Origin: a virus
Reading direction: 5' to 3' (one strand)
DNA length: 64,000 bases
Virus record (IMG/VR): IMGVR_UViG_3300023174_004998
Span: 32,551-96,550 of that record
Shown: piece after piece, positions 63,597-64,000 of the stretch
How positions within the stretch are numbered: the first letter of the stretch is position 1
Layout: every line of letters begins with the position of its first letter
The notes under the pieces: model-generated
Told to the model about the DNA's origin: nothing
The model's input: only the letters and a program-made list of their open reading frames with translations
Databases searched by the model: none
Program-made: the position numbers and the translations under genes

Positions 63597-64000
63597 TTAA
63601 GCTATCACTCCGATGCGTTCATTTATAATGTCCCAATTGATAATTTTCCAAATATTATTGAGATAGGCTTCTTTGTCCCATTGGTAATCCAGGGCCCAGG
63701 CATGTTCCCACCAATCAATAAGTAGGGCTATATCTGTACGAACAGCATGATTCTTTATGGTCTTGATATCACCACTGGTGCTCAAATACACCCAACCGGA
63801 TCCTTGGATCTTCATGGCTGTTTCTTTGACAGCATCTTTGAATGCATCAAAGTCCTTGAATTTCATTTCAATGAGTTGTAGGCTGGAACCCTTGGGTCGG
63901 TTTGGGCTTTTAGGAGCCCTAAGCTGAGGGAAGAACATATTGTGTAAAAAACTGCCAGCACGATTAAAATCCGCATTGCCTTCTCCTGCGTTGTAGAGTT
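63597..64000 (-). CDS. Fe/Mn superoxide dismutase (5' part beyond window)
   Basis: [30 protein letters not shown]. Confidence 0.9.
   Translation of the reverse strand, partial: LYNAGEGNADFNRAGSFLHNMFFPQLRAPKSPNRPKGSSLQLIEMKFKDFDAFKDAVKETAMKIQGSGWVYLSTSGDIKTIKNHAVRTDIALLIDWWEHAWALDYQWDKEAYLNNIWKIINWDIINERIGVIA

Noticed and set aside
1-64000. CRISPR array, tRNA, rRNA, integrase or transposase
   Set aside because: No regularly spaced repeats, cloverleaf/T-loop signature or recombinase motifs seen by eye; a tRNAscan/Infernal run would be needed to exclude them fully

Overview
This window is a 64-kb segment of a large lytic tailed dsDNA phage with T4-like (myovirus-type) replication and late-promoter logic. 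The host is probably an aquatic Gram-negative bacterium (inferred from the spanins, lipoproteins, and ErpA/SOD/Dps/ClpA genes). Almost all genes are on the minus strand and tightly coupled. From left to right: (1) an FG-GAP/VCBS-repeat lipoprotein cut by the window edge; (2) a DNA-modification-like cluster with folE, a DegT-type aminotransferase, a frameshifted galE, a glycosyltransferase, a QueD-like T-fold protein and a TGT/DpdA-like transglycosylase; (3) sliding clamp, methyltransferase, family B DNA polymerase and a DsbA-like protein; (4) a ~19-kb array of genes, many starting with a shared MRAxEF(I/V)xE leader that resembles the T4 capsid-targeting sequence. The array encodes GIY-YIG, ParB-like, kinase, GNAT, nucleotidyltransferase, zincin and amidoligase modules, and two large apparent polyproteins punctuated by hydrophobic-x-Glu sites; (5) ClpA, peptide deformylase, DnaJ; (6) a lysis cassette (holin, nested spanins, GH19 endolysin); (7) radical SAM enzymes, PhoH, HAD phosphatase, FkbM, clamp loader, GroES, a mini-DnaE fragment and MazG; (8) baseplate/tail-fibre genes; (9) ErpA and a truncated SOD. 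Late TAAATA promoters, sigma70 promoters inside hairpins, and several candidate structured RNAs are visible. I found no tRNA, rRNA, CRISPR array or integrase by eye. All assignments come from motif recognition; no database searches were run.
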